This document shows positions 38,767 to 49,530 of a stretch of DNA of 64,000 bases, in pieces; the stretch's first letter is position 1, and every line of letters starts with the position of its first letter. Origin of the DNA: Caldisericia bacterium (GTDB taxonomy: Bacteria; Caldisericota; Caldisericia; JAAYUI01); the NCBI GenBank assembly GCA_963674785.1, contig OY771555.1, forward strand, positions 576,001-640,000, given 5' to 3'. The notes below the pieces were generated by a model. It was not told where the DNA came from. It did no database searches and worked only from the letters and a program-made list of their open reading frames with translations. A program made the translations under genes and the position numbers.

Positions 38767-40067
38767 GCAAAAATATAGATTTACACGTCCATCACGTAAC
38801 CAGAGTCGAAGGTCACGGAGATGTACTCCTTAATGTAAAAGATGGCAAAGTTGAGCATGTTTCACTGAATATAGTTGAAGCACCAAGATTCTTCGAGGGA
38901 ATGCTCAAAGGAAGAGCACACTACGAAGTAAGAGAGATCGTCTCACGTATCTGTGGTATCTGTGCTTGTGGACACGCCCTTGCATCAATCCGTGCATCAG
39001 AGGCAGCACTTGGAGTTGAACCAAGTGAGCAGGTTGTTGACCTAAGAAAAATGGTACTCCACGGTGAAAACCTCTCATCCCATTTCCTTCACATCTTCTT
39101 CCTGGTTGCACCTGACCTCTTTGGTGTCAAATCAGTGATTCCGCTTGCAACATCACACACAGACCTCGTCGTTCGTGCACTCAAGCTCAAAAAGCTTGGT
39201 AACAGAGTTTCAGATGTAATCGTTGGAAGACACACACATCCAATCGCAATGCATATAAAGGGTTTCACAAAACTTCCTGAGAAAGCAGAACTTCTTGATG
39301 TCCAGAAACAGCTTCGCGAAGCACTTCCAGAGGTTGAAGACACAGTTGATCTTATCGCAAGCATCGCAGATAAGATTCCAAACTTCATCCGTGAAACAGA
39401 ATATGTTTCGCTAGGTCCAATCGACGGAAGCACAGAATATCCATTCTACGATGGTGTCATCAAATCATCTGAAGGAATCACCTACTATCCAGAGGACTAT
39501 CAGAAGGTAACAAACGAATTCTGTACTCCAGCATCAACCGCAAAGCACACAAAACACAAACGTGAATCATACATGGTTGGAGCACTTGCAAGATTCAACA
39601 ACAACTACGATCTTCTCAGACCAGAAGCAAAAGCAGCCGCAGAAAAACTTGGTATCAAAGCACCTTGCCATAATCCTTACATGATCACAGTTGCACAGCT
39701 TGTTGAAACCATCCATATCATGCACGATGCAATCGAGCTTATCGACAAGATCGTAAAAAGAGGAATCAAACAAGAAGACTACTCCTATCAGCCAAAAGCA
39801 GGAACAGGTGCTGGTGCTGTAGAAGTCCCAAGAGGTATACTTTTCCACAATTACACGTATAATACAAGTGGAAGAGTTGAGCAGGCAGATTGCGTCATCC
39901 CAACAACCCAGAATCTTGAAAACATCGACCAGGACTTCAGAAAAATCGCACCAACAATCCTCGATAAAGAAGAGGAAGAGATTTCTCTTTTACTTCAGAT
40001 GTTGGTCAGAGCATACGATCCATGTATCTCATGCTCAACACATCAGCTTAATGTGAGGTTTAAATAA
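38763..40067 (+). CDS. hydA: [NiFe] hydrogenase large (alpha) subunit, group 3b
   Basis: TRVEGHG, L1 RICGIC and L2 DPCISCSTH motifs plus a short cleavable tail. Confidence 0.93.
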   Translation: MSKNIDLHVHHVTRVEGHGDVLLNVKDGKVEHVSLNIVEAPRFFEGMLKGRAHYEVREIVSRICGICACGHALASIRASEAALGVEPSEQVVDLRKMVLHGENLSSHFLHIFFLVAPDLFGVKSVIPLATSHTDLVVRALKLKKLGNRVSDVIVGRHTHPIAMHIKGFTKLPEKAELLDVQKQLREALPEVEDTVDLIASIADKIPNFIRETEYVSLGPIDGSTEYPFYDGVIKSSEGITYYPEDYQKVTNEFCTPASTAKHTKHKRESYMVGALARFNNNYDLLRPEAKAAAEKLGIKAPCHNPYMITVAQLVETIHIMHDAIELIDKIVKRGIKQEDYSYQPKAGTGAGAVEVPRGILFHNYTYNTSGRVEQADCVIPTTQNLENIDQDFRKIAPTILDKEEEEISLLLQMLVRAYDPCISCSTHQLNVRFK

Positions 40068-40535
40068 GTGGGACTTCTTGTTGTTGGACTTGGAAACATC
40101 TTGCTTCAAGATGAGGGCGTAGGGGTTCACGTTGTGAATTCTCTTCGCAAGAAACCTCTACCATCGGGAGTTGAACTGATGGACGGAGCAACAATGGGTG
40201 TGGATTTATTAAATGACATCCTTGAATCAGACAAGGTGATAATTGTTGATTCAGCCCAAATGGGGCTTGCAGCAGGAGAGATTAGAACATTTGGTATATC
40301 TGACATCGATGAAAAAGAGTTTCCAAACTACTCACTGCATGACCTTTCTTTTGCAGAGACAATCGCACTTGGTGGAATAGTTTCCAATCTTCCACCAATC
40401 CTAATAATTGGGATTCAGCCTGAGAGCATCGAACCAGGTGATGAACTCACAGAAAACCTAAAAAAGAACTTCAGTGGATACGTAGATCATGTCTACGACA
40501 CAATACTTGATTTCAATGAGGAGGCCATAAATTGA
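40068..40535 (+). CDS. Hydrogenase maturation protease
   Basis: GLGNILL.DEGVG, IIVDS, SLHD and GIQP motifs. Confidence 0.92.
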   Translation: MGLLVVGLGNILLQDEGVGVHVVNSLRKKPLPSGVELMDGATMGVDLLNDILESDKVIIVDSAQMGLAAGEIRTFGISDIDEKEFPNYSLHDLSFAETIALGGIVSNLPPILIIGIQPESIEPGDELTENLKKNFSGYVDHVYDTILDFNEEAIN

Positions 40536-40933
40536 GCAAAAAGATAATGATTATTGACGATGATGTTGATGTGGTAGAGGCAATGAAGATCGCTCTCGAA
40601 TCCGTTGGTTATGAAATCGAATACGCTCACGACACCGAAGATGGATTTGAGAAACTTCTGAAGTTTAAACCCAATCTTCTCATCCTTGATGTCATGATGA
40701 ACACAGACACAGAAGGCTTCAACGCAGCTTGGGATATCAGAAGCAGCGACAAAGATAGCCGTTTCATTGAATTCAAAGACATGCCAATCCTTATGATCTC
40801 TGCAGTCTCAGCTGAAAAGAAAATGAGCTTTGATCCGAAAAAAGACAAAGAATTTCTTCCAGTTTCAGACTTTGTCGAAAAACCAATAGCACCAAAGGTA
40901 CTCATAGAAAAGGTTAGGGAACTCATAGGTTGA
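40532..40933 (+). CDS. Single-domain response regulator
   Basis: IIDDD, LILDVMM, ISA and EKP receiver motifs. Confidence 0.9.
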   Translation: MSKKIMIIDDDVDVVEAMKIALESVGYEIEYAHDTEDGFEKLLKFKPNLLILDVMMNTDTEGFNAAWDIRSSDKDSRFIEFKDMPILMISAVSAEKKMSFDPKKDKEFLPVSDFVEKPIAPKVLIEKVRELIG

Positions 40934-42744
40934 GTCCTAAAGGAACCCTGAATTCCATTTGGGGCGATGCAGGAGTATTTTCCAATCCAGAGAGCACTCG
41001 CCCCTTAATTATCCTACGTTTTTATGCCGTAGTGGCACTTCTTTTGACCTCAGCGGTTCTTTATTTTGCAAAGCTTGATATTTCATATATCCCTGTTCTA
41101 ATAATCGCATTATCAGTACTTCTTTATAACTTTTTATTTCTTTTCATTATCCAGAAAAAAATTGAATTTCACGGATTTCTGGTTCTTCAAGTAACAACCG
41201 ACTGGATGGCGTTGTTTTTTGTAGCCCTGTATACAGGTGGAATAGTCAGTCCAGCAATCTATGTTTTCCCGGTTTATAGTGCGATTGCGGGTTTTCTGCT
41301 CTCATCAAGAGCATCACTTATTCTGACAGGTTTTGGCTCATTCCTAATATTGGTCATATTTGCAAATGACGTATCAACGGGTCATATTTCTTCAAAGGGA
41401 TTGATTTATCATATTGGTGCCTCACTGATTTATATAACAGTTCTTTTCATGATAACACTTCTTTCAATATGGATTTCTGATTTCATGAGGAAGAAAATTG
41501 TCACCATTGATGTTTTAAAAAACAAAATAGCGATTGATAATGAGAGGCTGAGAAAATCACACGAGCTTTCAATAAACATGAACGCAGACCTCTCACTTGA
41601 TCACACACTGAAAGCAATCACAAAAACAATATCAGAATCACCTCGAATCACCGCCTGTGTTATCAGGTTACTCACTGAAGATGGAGAAAACATTGAAATA
41701 AAAGACACATCGGGTGTTTCAGAGGAACATGCAGCAAGAGGGTCTGTAAAACTTGCAGATTGCCCGATAGACCTTGAAGCAATCAAAACAAAAAAGCCCG
41801 TTTATATTCCGAATGTTCTTCTGTGTGACAGATTCACCTACAAAGAAGATGCAAGGGCTGAGGGGCTGGTTTCAATGATTAGCATCCCTCTCATATCTAG
41901 AGACAATCCAGTTGGTGTAATCAGATGTTACACAAACTACGAACATGTATTTTCTGAAAATGATTTAAAATTCCTAAACACAGTTGCAACAAGCTCAGCA
42001 CTTTCTGTTGCAAATTCACAGCAGTTTCAAAAGCTCGAAAAACTCAACAACACAAGGTCAGCATTTTTGAGACTTGCAACACACGAACTTCGTGCACCAA
42101 TGGCAGCAGTTCAATCAATATTGAGACTCGTGCTTGACGGTTTCGCAGGCAAAACCACAAAAAAACAGCGTGAACTCTTTGAACGTGCAAACAAGAGAAT
42201 CGATAGATTACTGCAACTTGTTTCTGAGCTTCTCGAGCTTGAGGGATTTTCTGAAAAAAATATGGAATTTGAAATGGTCAATCTCCATGAGCTTCTCTCT
42301 GAGGTTGTTGCAGACATCGCCCCAAAATCAGATGCTAAGGGCATAAAAATGAGAGTCCACATCCCCAGAGGTGACATTCAGATCGAATGTGATCATGATG
42401 CAATCTACAGAGTGATTGAAAATCTGATAGACAACGCCGTAAAATATACGATAAGCAATGGTGTCGTGATGGTAATCGTTGATGAGCAGAAGGACAAAAT
42501 ATCAATAGAAATAATTGATAACGGAATTGGAATCTCAGAAGATGACCAGAAAAATCTTTTCAAGGAATTTTTCAGATCAAAAAACGCAAGAAAAATCGAA
42601 GTAAACGGTACAGGACTAGGTCTATCAATCTGTAAAAAAATAGTAGAATCCCATAAAGGCACGATTTGTGTTTCCTCGAAACTTGGTGGTGGAACGAGAT
42701 TTAAAGTCGAACTACCAATAAATCAAGGAAAACAGCAGGGTTGA
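40930..42744 (+). CDS. Membrane GAF-domain histidine kinase
   Basis: N-terminal TM helices, a GAF region, HELRAP, NLIDNAVKY, DNGIG and GTGLGL. Confidence 0.9.
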   Translation: MSPKGTLNSIWGDAGVFSNPESTRPLIILRFYAVVALLLTSAVLYFAKLDISYIPVLIIALSVLLYNFLFLFIIQKKIEFHGFLVLQVTTDWMALFFVALYTGGIVSPAIYVFPVYSAIAGFLLSSRASLILTGFGSFLILVIFANDVSTGHISSKGLIYHIGASLIYITVLFMITLLSIWISDFMRKKIVTIDVLKNKIAIDNERLRKSHELSINMNADLSLDHTLKAITKTISESPRITACVIRLLTEDGENIEIKDTSGVSEEHAARGSVKLADCPIDLEAIKTKKPVYIPNVLLCDRFTYKEDARAEGLVSMISIPLISRDNPVGVIRCYTNYEHVFSENDLKFLNTVATSSALSVANSQQFQKLEKLNNTRSAFLRLATHELRAPMAAVQSILRLVLDGFAGKTTKKQRELFERANKRIDRLLQLVSELLELEGFSEKNMEFEMVNLHELLSEVVADIAPKSDAKGIKMRVHIPRGDIQIECDHDAIYRVIENLIDNAVKYTISNGVVMVIVDEQKDKISIEIIDNGIGISEDDQKNLFKEFFRSKNARKIEVNGTGLGLSICKKIVESHKGTICVSSKLGGGTRFKVELPINQGKQQG

Positions 42745-42795
42745 CAACCATATAATTTAATTTAATATTAATAATGTTTGGTAAAGGAGGCAAAT

Positions 42796-44079
42796 ATGCG
42801 CTACATTCCTGAAGGTAAACCTCAGTATGAGAAACTGCCAACAGTTTTTTTGAACTGGGATGAAATGTCTACCAAATTAAGGTCAGACAAGTTCAGTGGT
42901 TACATAGAAATTTCAGGCAAAGATGATGTTGGGTTTATTCTGTTTTCCGAGGGAAGAATCTCTGGTTCACTTTACGTATCTGAAACTGAAGATGACTTGA
43001 GAGGACAGAAGGCGCTCTCAAAGATCACCATGACAATCCAGGAGAGAAAGGGTTCACTTTCGATCTATTCTTGTACAACAGAGGTTTGCGAGCTTATCGC
43101 ATGGTATATCCAAGGAAACAGACTCTACACACCAATGGAATCAGTTTTCATAAACTGGGAAAAGTTCCTCGGTGTTATGAAAGAGAAAAAAATCACAGGT
43201 TTCATAAGGATTGCGAACCTTGTCTACACAGAATTCATCAGACTTGACGAAGGAGAGATCAAGGGTCATTTCATTGGCGGAAACGAAGGATTCTCAAATG
43301 AAACAGATGAACTGACATCAGTTTTATCTGGAAAAGATGCCGAGATCGAAGTATTCCTCAAAGCAGATCCATCATCTGTGGTTTCAAAACTCGAGCAATC
43401 ACATGTAACAAAAAAACCAGAGCCTGTAAAACCTGAAAAACCAGATCCAGTGACCTTTGAAAAGAAACCTGAAATCCCAAAAACTGAACCAACACCACCA
43501 CCAAGGAAAGAAGTCAAACCAATAAGCAGACCAGAACCAACGCCACCAAAGGAAGAAAAAGAGCCATTAATTCCTCCAGATGAAATCCCCGATCCATTTG
43601 CTCAGATGGAAAAAGAGGGTGCAGTGCCATTTGAAGGTTTTTCAAAAATGGGACTCGACAAAAAAGATGAGCCTAAACCAGAACCAATAAAAGAAGAAGT
43701 CAAAAAAGAAGAACCCTTCAAGATTCCTGAAAAGAAGGTTGACTTTGAGGTTCCAAAAGAAGAAAAGAAATCAAGGAAGACACCGACTGCAGGTGGCGGA
43801 CAGACAATGGTTTCAAAACCATCAGGAAGAATCGCATTCCTTCTTGACGGCATCAGAAAAGTTGCCCAGAGCAACATCGGCGACGATATTCTTCCATGGC
43901 TTGACGGACAGATCAACAGAATCCAATCAGTAAACCCAAAACTTACCAAACATGACCTCAATCTTCTTGTTGATGAAGTTGAAAGATATGTCAGACAGGT
44001 AAGACAGAATCCGGGCAAAGCCACGAAGCTTGCGTCACAGTTAAAACACATCATAGATAGTTTTGCATCAGATCTTTGA
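42796..44079 (+). CDS. Hypothetical protein with two tandem PATAN/DUF4388-like repeats and a P/E/K-rich linker
   Basis: Duplicated F.NW..... K.(S/T)G(Y/F)I.I...G.I.G unit, then a low-complexity linker and a helical C-terminus. Confidence 0.55.
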   Translation: MRYIPEGKPQYEKLPTVFLNWDEMSTKLRSDKFSGYIEISGKDDVGFILFSEGRISGSLYVSETEDDLRGQKALSKITMTIQERKGSLSIYSCTTEVCELIAWYIQGNRLYTPMESVFINWEKFLGVMKEKKITGFIRIANLVYTEFIRLDEGEIKGHFIGGNEGFSNETDELTSVLSGKDAEIEVFLKADPSSVVSKLEQSHVTKKPEPVKPEKPDPVTFEKKPEIPKTEPTPPPRKEVKPISRPEPTPPKEEKEPLIPPDEIPDPFAQMEKEGAVPFEGFSKMGLDKKDEPKPEPIKEEVKKEEPFKIPEKKVDFEVPKEEKKSRKTPTAGGGQTMVSKPSGRIAFLLDGIRKVAQSNIGDDILPWLDGQINRIQSVNPKLTKHDLNLLVDEVERYVRQVRQNPGKATKLASQLKHIIDSFASDL

Positions 44080-44095
44080 TCTGAAATGAAATAGG

Positions 44096-44127
44096 AAAAA
44101 GCAGCAGCCTCGGTTGCTGCTTTTTTT
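44096..44127 (+). terminator. Intrinsic terminator
   Basis: GCAGCAGC-CTCG-GTTGCTGC-TTTTTTT. Confidence 0.8.
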
Positions 44128-44151
44128 ATGGGAAGAAATAGGAGTGTAAAA

Positions 44152-46854
44152 ATGTTTAAAAAACTTGGATTAATCACATTATCGTTTGTACTTTTTTGTA
44201 CATTAATAGGTAACCCTTTATATTCGTCAGCAGAAGAGACAAACTCAAAATTCATATGCCTTGCGGCATTTGATGAAAATAAGGTACTACTTTCGTGGGA
44301 AGATGTTCCATTTGCAGACTCATACGAAGTACAAAAAAATAATATGTCTCAAATAACTCTAACATCTGAAAAATCATTCTTCTTAGACACAAAAGTTGAA
44401 AGAGGGAAAGATTACACCTATAGGATAATTGCAAAAAATAACGATGACATAGTAGTATCTGAAAGCTTAGAAGTTCCAGTCTCAATGAATCATAAAGAGA
44501 TACACGAAAAAATAAATCTAAAATTCAAACTTGAAGATTACATGTACTGGGTAAATGGCGAAATGAAGGGGCCAATGTCGACTCCGCCAACAATAAAAAA
44601 CGGTAGATCTTTCCTAGTAATAAGGTATATAACAGAGGTTCTGAATGCTGAGATAATGTGGGAAGGAACAGAAAAAAAGGTAACAATTGCAACAAAAGAT
44701 GAAAACGTAATTGAACTATGGATAGGTAAACCAGTTGCGAAGGTAAACGGAGAAGAGGTTCAAATCGATGCAGATGATAATGAAGTTGTACCTTTTATAT
44801 CAGAGGGAAGAACGCTTCTTCCGCTCAGATTTGTTTCAGAATCGCTTGGTGCAAATGATGTCTTGTGGGACGGAACAGAAAGAAGTATCACACTTCTTTG
44901 GGAAGAAAAACAAATAGCGCAAACACAGATGGTATTGGGTGTTGAGGATATAAACAATCTTGAAAAAAACATCTTTAAAGATTCTGTCGGCAATAAGTAT
45001 GCAGTTGAAGGATTTCCAATGGTCTCAGAGCTTACAAAAGATGATTCTATTATTTTTTCATATGGGATTTCTGATCTGGATACGAACTTAGACATGGCAA
45101 CTATTAAAATAACAGAGTTTTCCAAAGTTGAATCTGAAAAAAAGTTTACCGGAGTAGTTGTTGCAAACGAAAAAGGTGAAACAGTAAATACACTAAAAGT
45201 TGAAACAGGCGAAGATATTCAGGTTCTATATTATGACAAGAAGTTTAATAATCTTTGCAATGTAGCCGATCAATCATGGGTCATGGTAGAAATTGACGTT
45301 AAAAACGACATTAAAAAATGGGGATATTTGAGAAATCAAATACATGAGGACTGCATAGAAAAATCAGTTGAGTTTACATCAATCGACTATGAAGCAACAG
45401 CTACAAAACTAAGCATAAGTCCAGAATACATTTCAAGTGAAAACGTGGACAGGTACTTTATTTTCGAAAATGATGATGAATGGCAGATTGAGAAAAATAC
45501 CTGTTACAAAATAAACTACAAAACAAATTGGCTTGGGAGAAATATTGTCACATCTATCGAAAACATGGAGTGTCCATGTGAATTTGAAGTTACTCCAATT
45601 GAAATAGAATCAGCAGAGATGTTTGGTGGAACAAAAAATAACTTCACATATGAACTTAAAAACACATATTCTCTTGAAAGTAGGATCGAAACGTTTGCGG
45701 AGGTAACAGGAGATAAAGAATTTCCTGGAACAATAAAACTAGCGAGGGGATTTGCACTTCTTGAAAAGAATGGATCAATAAAAGAATCGATAATAATATC
45801 ACCTGACAAGGAAGCAGAAGGGGAATTTATCATCAAATATGGTGCAAGGTGCCGAGAATTTGAAGACACATACACATTACGAATAAATATCACACCCGAC
45901 AACACGAATTATGAAATAATATTGCCAGAAAAAGTTTATGGTTCCAGAAATAGCTGGGAAGTCAACTTTGAAGGAGAAATAATTAACAACTCCGAAGAAA
46001 AAATCGATTTAGAACTTTACTCAAAAAAACTTGCATCTGAAACAGTTATGCTTTCGAAAGAGAAGTTTACAATTGCAGGAAAATCAAAAGAGAAGTTTGA
46101 AATAAAGATTGATATCCCCACAAGTCAAAAAACTTCTATAGGTGATATGAAAGAAATTGTTTTATTTTCAAAAGACTATGTTGGTGAAAAAAAATACAAA
46201 ACTAAGCTTGTATACGACATAGAAAAACATCCAATTGTCGATGTGGAAACCAAGTTAGATAAATCTACTAAAACAGTAACTTTAAATGCAGAGGTAAATT
46301 GGGAAGTATTCAAAGCAGATCATATTGAGGTGAAATGGGGTGATGGAAGTGTCACAAAATACGCTGAAGAATTTCCACTTGAACATAAATATAAAAAAGA
46401 TGGTTTATACAATATAGAAGTAACAGCATACACAACGCTAAGCAAATATAGACTGCCTTGCCAGGGATGGGGCTACAAAACAATTGAGATTGGCAAAACG
46501 CCAAGCTACCCAAAATTAGAAGAACTTAACGTGAAAATAAATGAAGATAACCCAACAAAAATAATTCTTACGTGTAACCCCAAACTGTACAAATATACTA
46601 AAGGTGATATATTTATACATATCAGATGGGGCGATGGTTACACATGGGGTCAAACATTCGCAAAAGATTTTAACAAGACATATCCACTAATCGATGACGG
46701 AAAATTAGAATACCAATATCAGAAATATATCAGACACGAAGATGATAAGCAAAGAATTATTTACGTTCAGATATTCTCAACAGAGGACATGGAAAATCCG
46801 GAACTCCTAAGATCATATAAGCTAAAAACAACAATCGAGGGAAGTACAAAATGA
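44152..46854 (+). CDS. Secreted FN3 + stalk (CuAO-N) + Ig/PKD-like surface protein, paralog 1
   Basis: Signal peptide, LLSWE.V..A..Y, GRTLLPLRFVSE.LG and WGDG motifs. Confidence 0.75.
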   Translation: MFKKLGLITLSFVLFCTLIGNPLYSSAEETNSKFICLAAFDENKVLLSWEDVPFADSYEVQKNNMSQITLTSEKSFFLDTKVERGKDYTYRIIAKNNDDIVVSESLEVPVSMNHKEIHEKINLKFKLEDYMYWVNGEMKGPMSTPPTIKNGRSFLVIRYITEVLNAEIMWEGTEKKVTIATKDENVIELWIGKPVAKVNGEEVQIDADDNEVVPFISEGRTLLPLRFVSESLGANDVLWDGTERSITLLWEEKQIAQTQMVLGVEDINNLEKNIFKDSVGNKYAVEGFPMVSELTKDDSIIFSYGISDLDTNLDMATIKITEFSKVESEKKFTGVVVANEKGETVNTLKVETGEDIQVLYYDKKFNNLCNVADQSWVMVEIDVKNDIKKWGYLRNQIHEDCIEKSVEFTSIDYEATATKLSISPEYISSENVDRYFIFENDDEWQIEKNTCYKINYKTNWLGRNIVTSIENMECPCEFEVTPIEIESAEMFGGTKNNFTYELKNTYSLESRIETFAEVTGDKEFPGTIKLARGFALLEKNGSIKESIIISPDKEAEGEFIIKYGARCREFEDTYTLRINITPDNTNYEIILPEKVYGSRNSWEVNFEGEIINNSEEKIDLELYSKKLASETVMLSKEKFTIAGKSKEKFEIKIDIPTSQKTSIGDMKEIVLFSKDYVGEKKYKTKLVYDIEKHPIVDVETKLDKSTKTVTLNAEVNWEVFKADHIEVKWGDGSVTKYAEEFPLEHKYKKDGLYNIEVTAYTTLSKYRLPCQGWGYKTIEIGKTPSYPKLEELNVKINEDNPTKIILTCNPKLYKYTKGDIFIHIRWGDGYTWGQTFAKDFNKTYPLIDDGKLEYQYQKYIRHEDDKQRIIYVQIFSTEDMENPELLRSYKLKTTIEGSTK

Positions 46855-49487
46855 GCAAAGGTTTTTTGAAAATAACTCTAGCAATATTGTTGATAGCTAC
46901 TCTTATTCACATCCCAAAACTTGCAGTTGCCCAAAATGAAATTCCACGCTTTATATGTATGTCATATTCAGACAAATCAAAGATATTGCTTTCATGGGAG
47001 AAAGTGGCATATGCTGATTCATACGAAGTGTTGAAGAACAATAAAAAGATCTTCGAGGCAACAGATAAAACAACAGAACTAATTGATGGGAACACATCCC
47101 CGGGTATGAACTACAATTATCAGATTGTTGCAAAAAAGGGTGAAGAGATACTTGCATTATCACTTAGAACATCCGCATTCATAGAGGAAAAAGAGGAAAA
47201 TAAAAGTCTTTCACTAGAATTCAAACTTGATGATTACATGTACAAGATCAATGGTCAGATGGAAGGGCCGATGGATACACCACCAATCATCAAAAACGGA
47301 AGATCATTCCTTGTAATCAGATATATAACAGAGGCAGTTGGGGCAGAACTTTCCTGGGATGGCACTGATAAAAAGGTCAGCATAGAGACAAATGATAAAA
47401 CAATAGACCTTTGGATTGGAAAACCTGTTGCAAAAATAAACGGCGAAGAGATTCAGATAGATTCAGAAGATGATCAGATAGTACCGTTCATTTCTGAAGG
47501 AAGGACACTTCTTCCACTAAGGTTTGTATCAGATAATCTTGATGCAAGTGATGTAATCTGGAATGGAGATGAAAGGTCAATCACACTTCTTTGGAATTAT
47601 AGTCAGAAGATCATACAACCAAGGATTCTTCTTACAAAACAAACCGGTGAATCAAATATCTACAAAGATTCACTAGGCAACAATTACAAACTCAACAATA
47701 TGAATGAAGAGCCATCATCTGAAGTAATTGCACTAAGCTCGTACGAGATAGACAGATACACGGTCGAGAATAGCTGTGTTGAGCTTTCGACAGAAGAATT
47801 TGTAGTGATAGAAAAAGCAGATGCTCAGATTGGGAAGATATTATCAAACAGCTTTAATGGTGAAACTGGAAAACTATCTGTTGAAACTGACGGAAAAAAC
47901 ATCGAATTGTCATACGATAAAACATTTGACAATCTCTCAAGAGCAAGCGATGACTCCTGGATAAAATTAATTTCATCCGATGATTCGATAACGTATTGGG
48001 AATATCTGACAAACACTGCTCATGGCGGGACAGAACAACTTGAAATTGAGTTTTTGAATGTTGGACTTAATCCAGAAGAAATGTCGTTGAGTCTCGAGGG
48101 GGAAACAATTCTTTCAGGTGAAAGAACTGATGTCCATTTTATTTGGGATTCTTGGGATTATGACAAACTAAAACCAAACACATGTGGTAAAATAACATAC
48201 ACAAAAAACTGGCTTGGGAGGAATATTGTCCTGTCTTTTGAAAGAAACATCTGCCCATGTGAGTTTGAGTTAACAGGTTCCTCCAAAAAAGAGATACTTC
48301 TAAGAGGTGAGGATAACAATGACGTCGAGTTCATGGCAAAAAATAACTCATTTGTAGCAAAGGAATTTGAAGTCTTCTGGCAATGTGAAAATGATTTCCC
48401 GGGAACAATCAAACCACTTGTAGATACAATCAAGCTTTACCCAGGGGAAGAAGGCAAATGTGGAATCTATATCAAATCGGAGAAAAGTGGGGATGGGTTA
48501 TTTGAGATTTTCTATGGAGTCAGATGCGGTGATGTTGAGAAGACGGAGAGTGTCGCAGTAGAGTTGATTCCAAATCCAAATGATTATGACGCATACATAA
48601 AAGAAGAATTCGTCATCCCAAGAAATCAAAAGGAAGTTGAGTTCACGGCAATTGTGGAGAATAACTCAGAAAAAGCAGTACGTCTTGAAACAAAAGCTAT
48701 AGAAACAGAAAAATGCAGAATAACCTTTGAAAGAAAAGCAATACTTGTAGAAGGAAACTCAAAAGAAGAGTTTACAGGATTAGTAATATTTAGTGATCAA
48801 TATGACAGAACACCAGGTACACAGTTTCTAATCAATATTGAAGTTGAAGATAGTTTCACAGTAAAAAGATTCCCTCTGAAGATAAATTTTGACGTCGCAA
48901 AGATTCCAATTGTTGATATTGAAGCAACATATGATGAAAAAAAGAAGGAAATCACAGTTAATGGAAATGTTGACTGGAACGGGCTTCCTGAAGGAAAAAT
49001 TGAAATAAGAAATTCAAACCCAGGAAAAACATTCGCAAATGTTGAACTGCCATACACATTCAAAGCAGAAGACACAACGGCAACAACCATAACAGTCACA
49101 GCATATTCAGGGGGCGGAGAAAATGAGGGAGTTGGATATGCTCTTGTGACAAATGATAAATTCAATAAGGAGTTTAGAAAGTACGGTATAAAAGAACCTT
49201 ACATAATCAAACGTGGAAAAAATGTTACTCTAGATATCGACACATCGTTTAATATTGGAAATTGTCAAATGACACTAAGTGTTTTATGGGGAGATGGAAC
49301 GGAAAGTCGTGAAACATTCTCAGAAGAAGGGGATCATGTGAATGTAAAGATGGAACACAATTACGGCACCCCAATAAATGAAAAAGATGGAGAGAATTAC
49401 GTTATCCATATACGCCTGTATTCAAGCCCAAAGGGAATGTCAGAAGTCTTTCTCACCGACGTTCATAAGGTAAAAGTGGAGTTTTAA
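46851..49487 (+). CDS. Secreted FN3 + stalk + Ig/PKD-like surface protein, paralog 2
   Basis: Same architecture; shares NWLGRNIV...CPCEF with paralog 1. Confidence 0.75.
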   Translation: MSKGFLKITLAILLIATLIHIPKLAVAQNEIPRFICMSYSDKSKILLSWEKVAYADSYEVLKNNKKIFEATDKTTELIDGNTSPGMNYNYQIVAKKGEEILALSLRTSAFIEEKEENKSLSLEFKLDDYMYKINGQMEGPMDTPPIIKNGRSFLVIRYITEAVGAELSWDGTDKKVSIETNDKTIDLWIGKPVAKINGEEIQIDSEDDQIVPFISEGRTLLPLRFVSDNLDASDVIWNGDERSITLLWNYSQKIIQPRILLTKQTGESNIYKDSLGNNYKLNNMNEEPSSEVIALSSYEIDRYTVENSCVELSTEEFVVIEKADAQIGKILSNSFNGETGKLSVETDGKNIELSYDKTFDNLSRASDDSWIKLISSDDSITYWEYLTNTAHGGTEQLEIEFLNVGLNPEEMSLSLEGETILSGERTDVHFIWDSWDYDKLKPNTCGKITYTKNWLGRNIVLSFERNICPCEFELTGSSKKEILLRGEDNNDVEFMAKNNSFVAKEFEVFWQCENDFPGTIKPLVDTIKLYPGEEGKCGIYIKSEKSGDGLFEIFYGVRCGDVEKTESVAVELIPNPNDYDAYIKEEFVIPRNQKEVEFTAIVENNSEKAVRLETKAIETEKCRITFERKAILVEGNSKEEFTGLVIFSDQYDRTPGTQFLINIEVEDSFTVKRFPLKINFDVAKIPIVDIEATYDEKKKEITVNGNVDWNGLPEGKIEIRNSNPGKTFANVELPYTFKAEDTTATTITVTAYSGGGENEGVGYALVTNDKFNKEFRKYGIKEPYIIKRGKNVTLDIDTSFNIGNCQMTLSVLWGDGTESRETFSEEGDHVNVKMEHNYGTPINEKDGENYVIHIRLYSSPKGMSEVFLTDVHKVKVEF

Positions 49488-49530
49488 AACAAGAAAATTG
49501 AAACTGCTTTCAGTAATCAGGAGAGGAATA

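Noticed and set aside
38763-40067. Selenocysteine-containing [NiFeSe] hydrogenase
   Set aside because: The L2 motif is DPCISC with Cys codons and no in-frame TGA.
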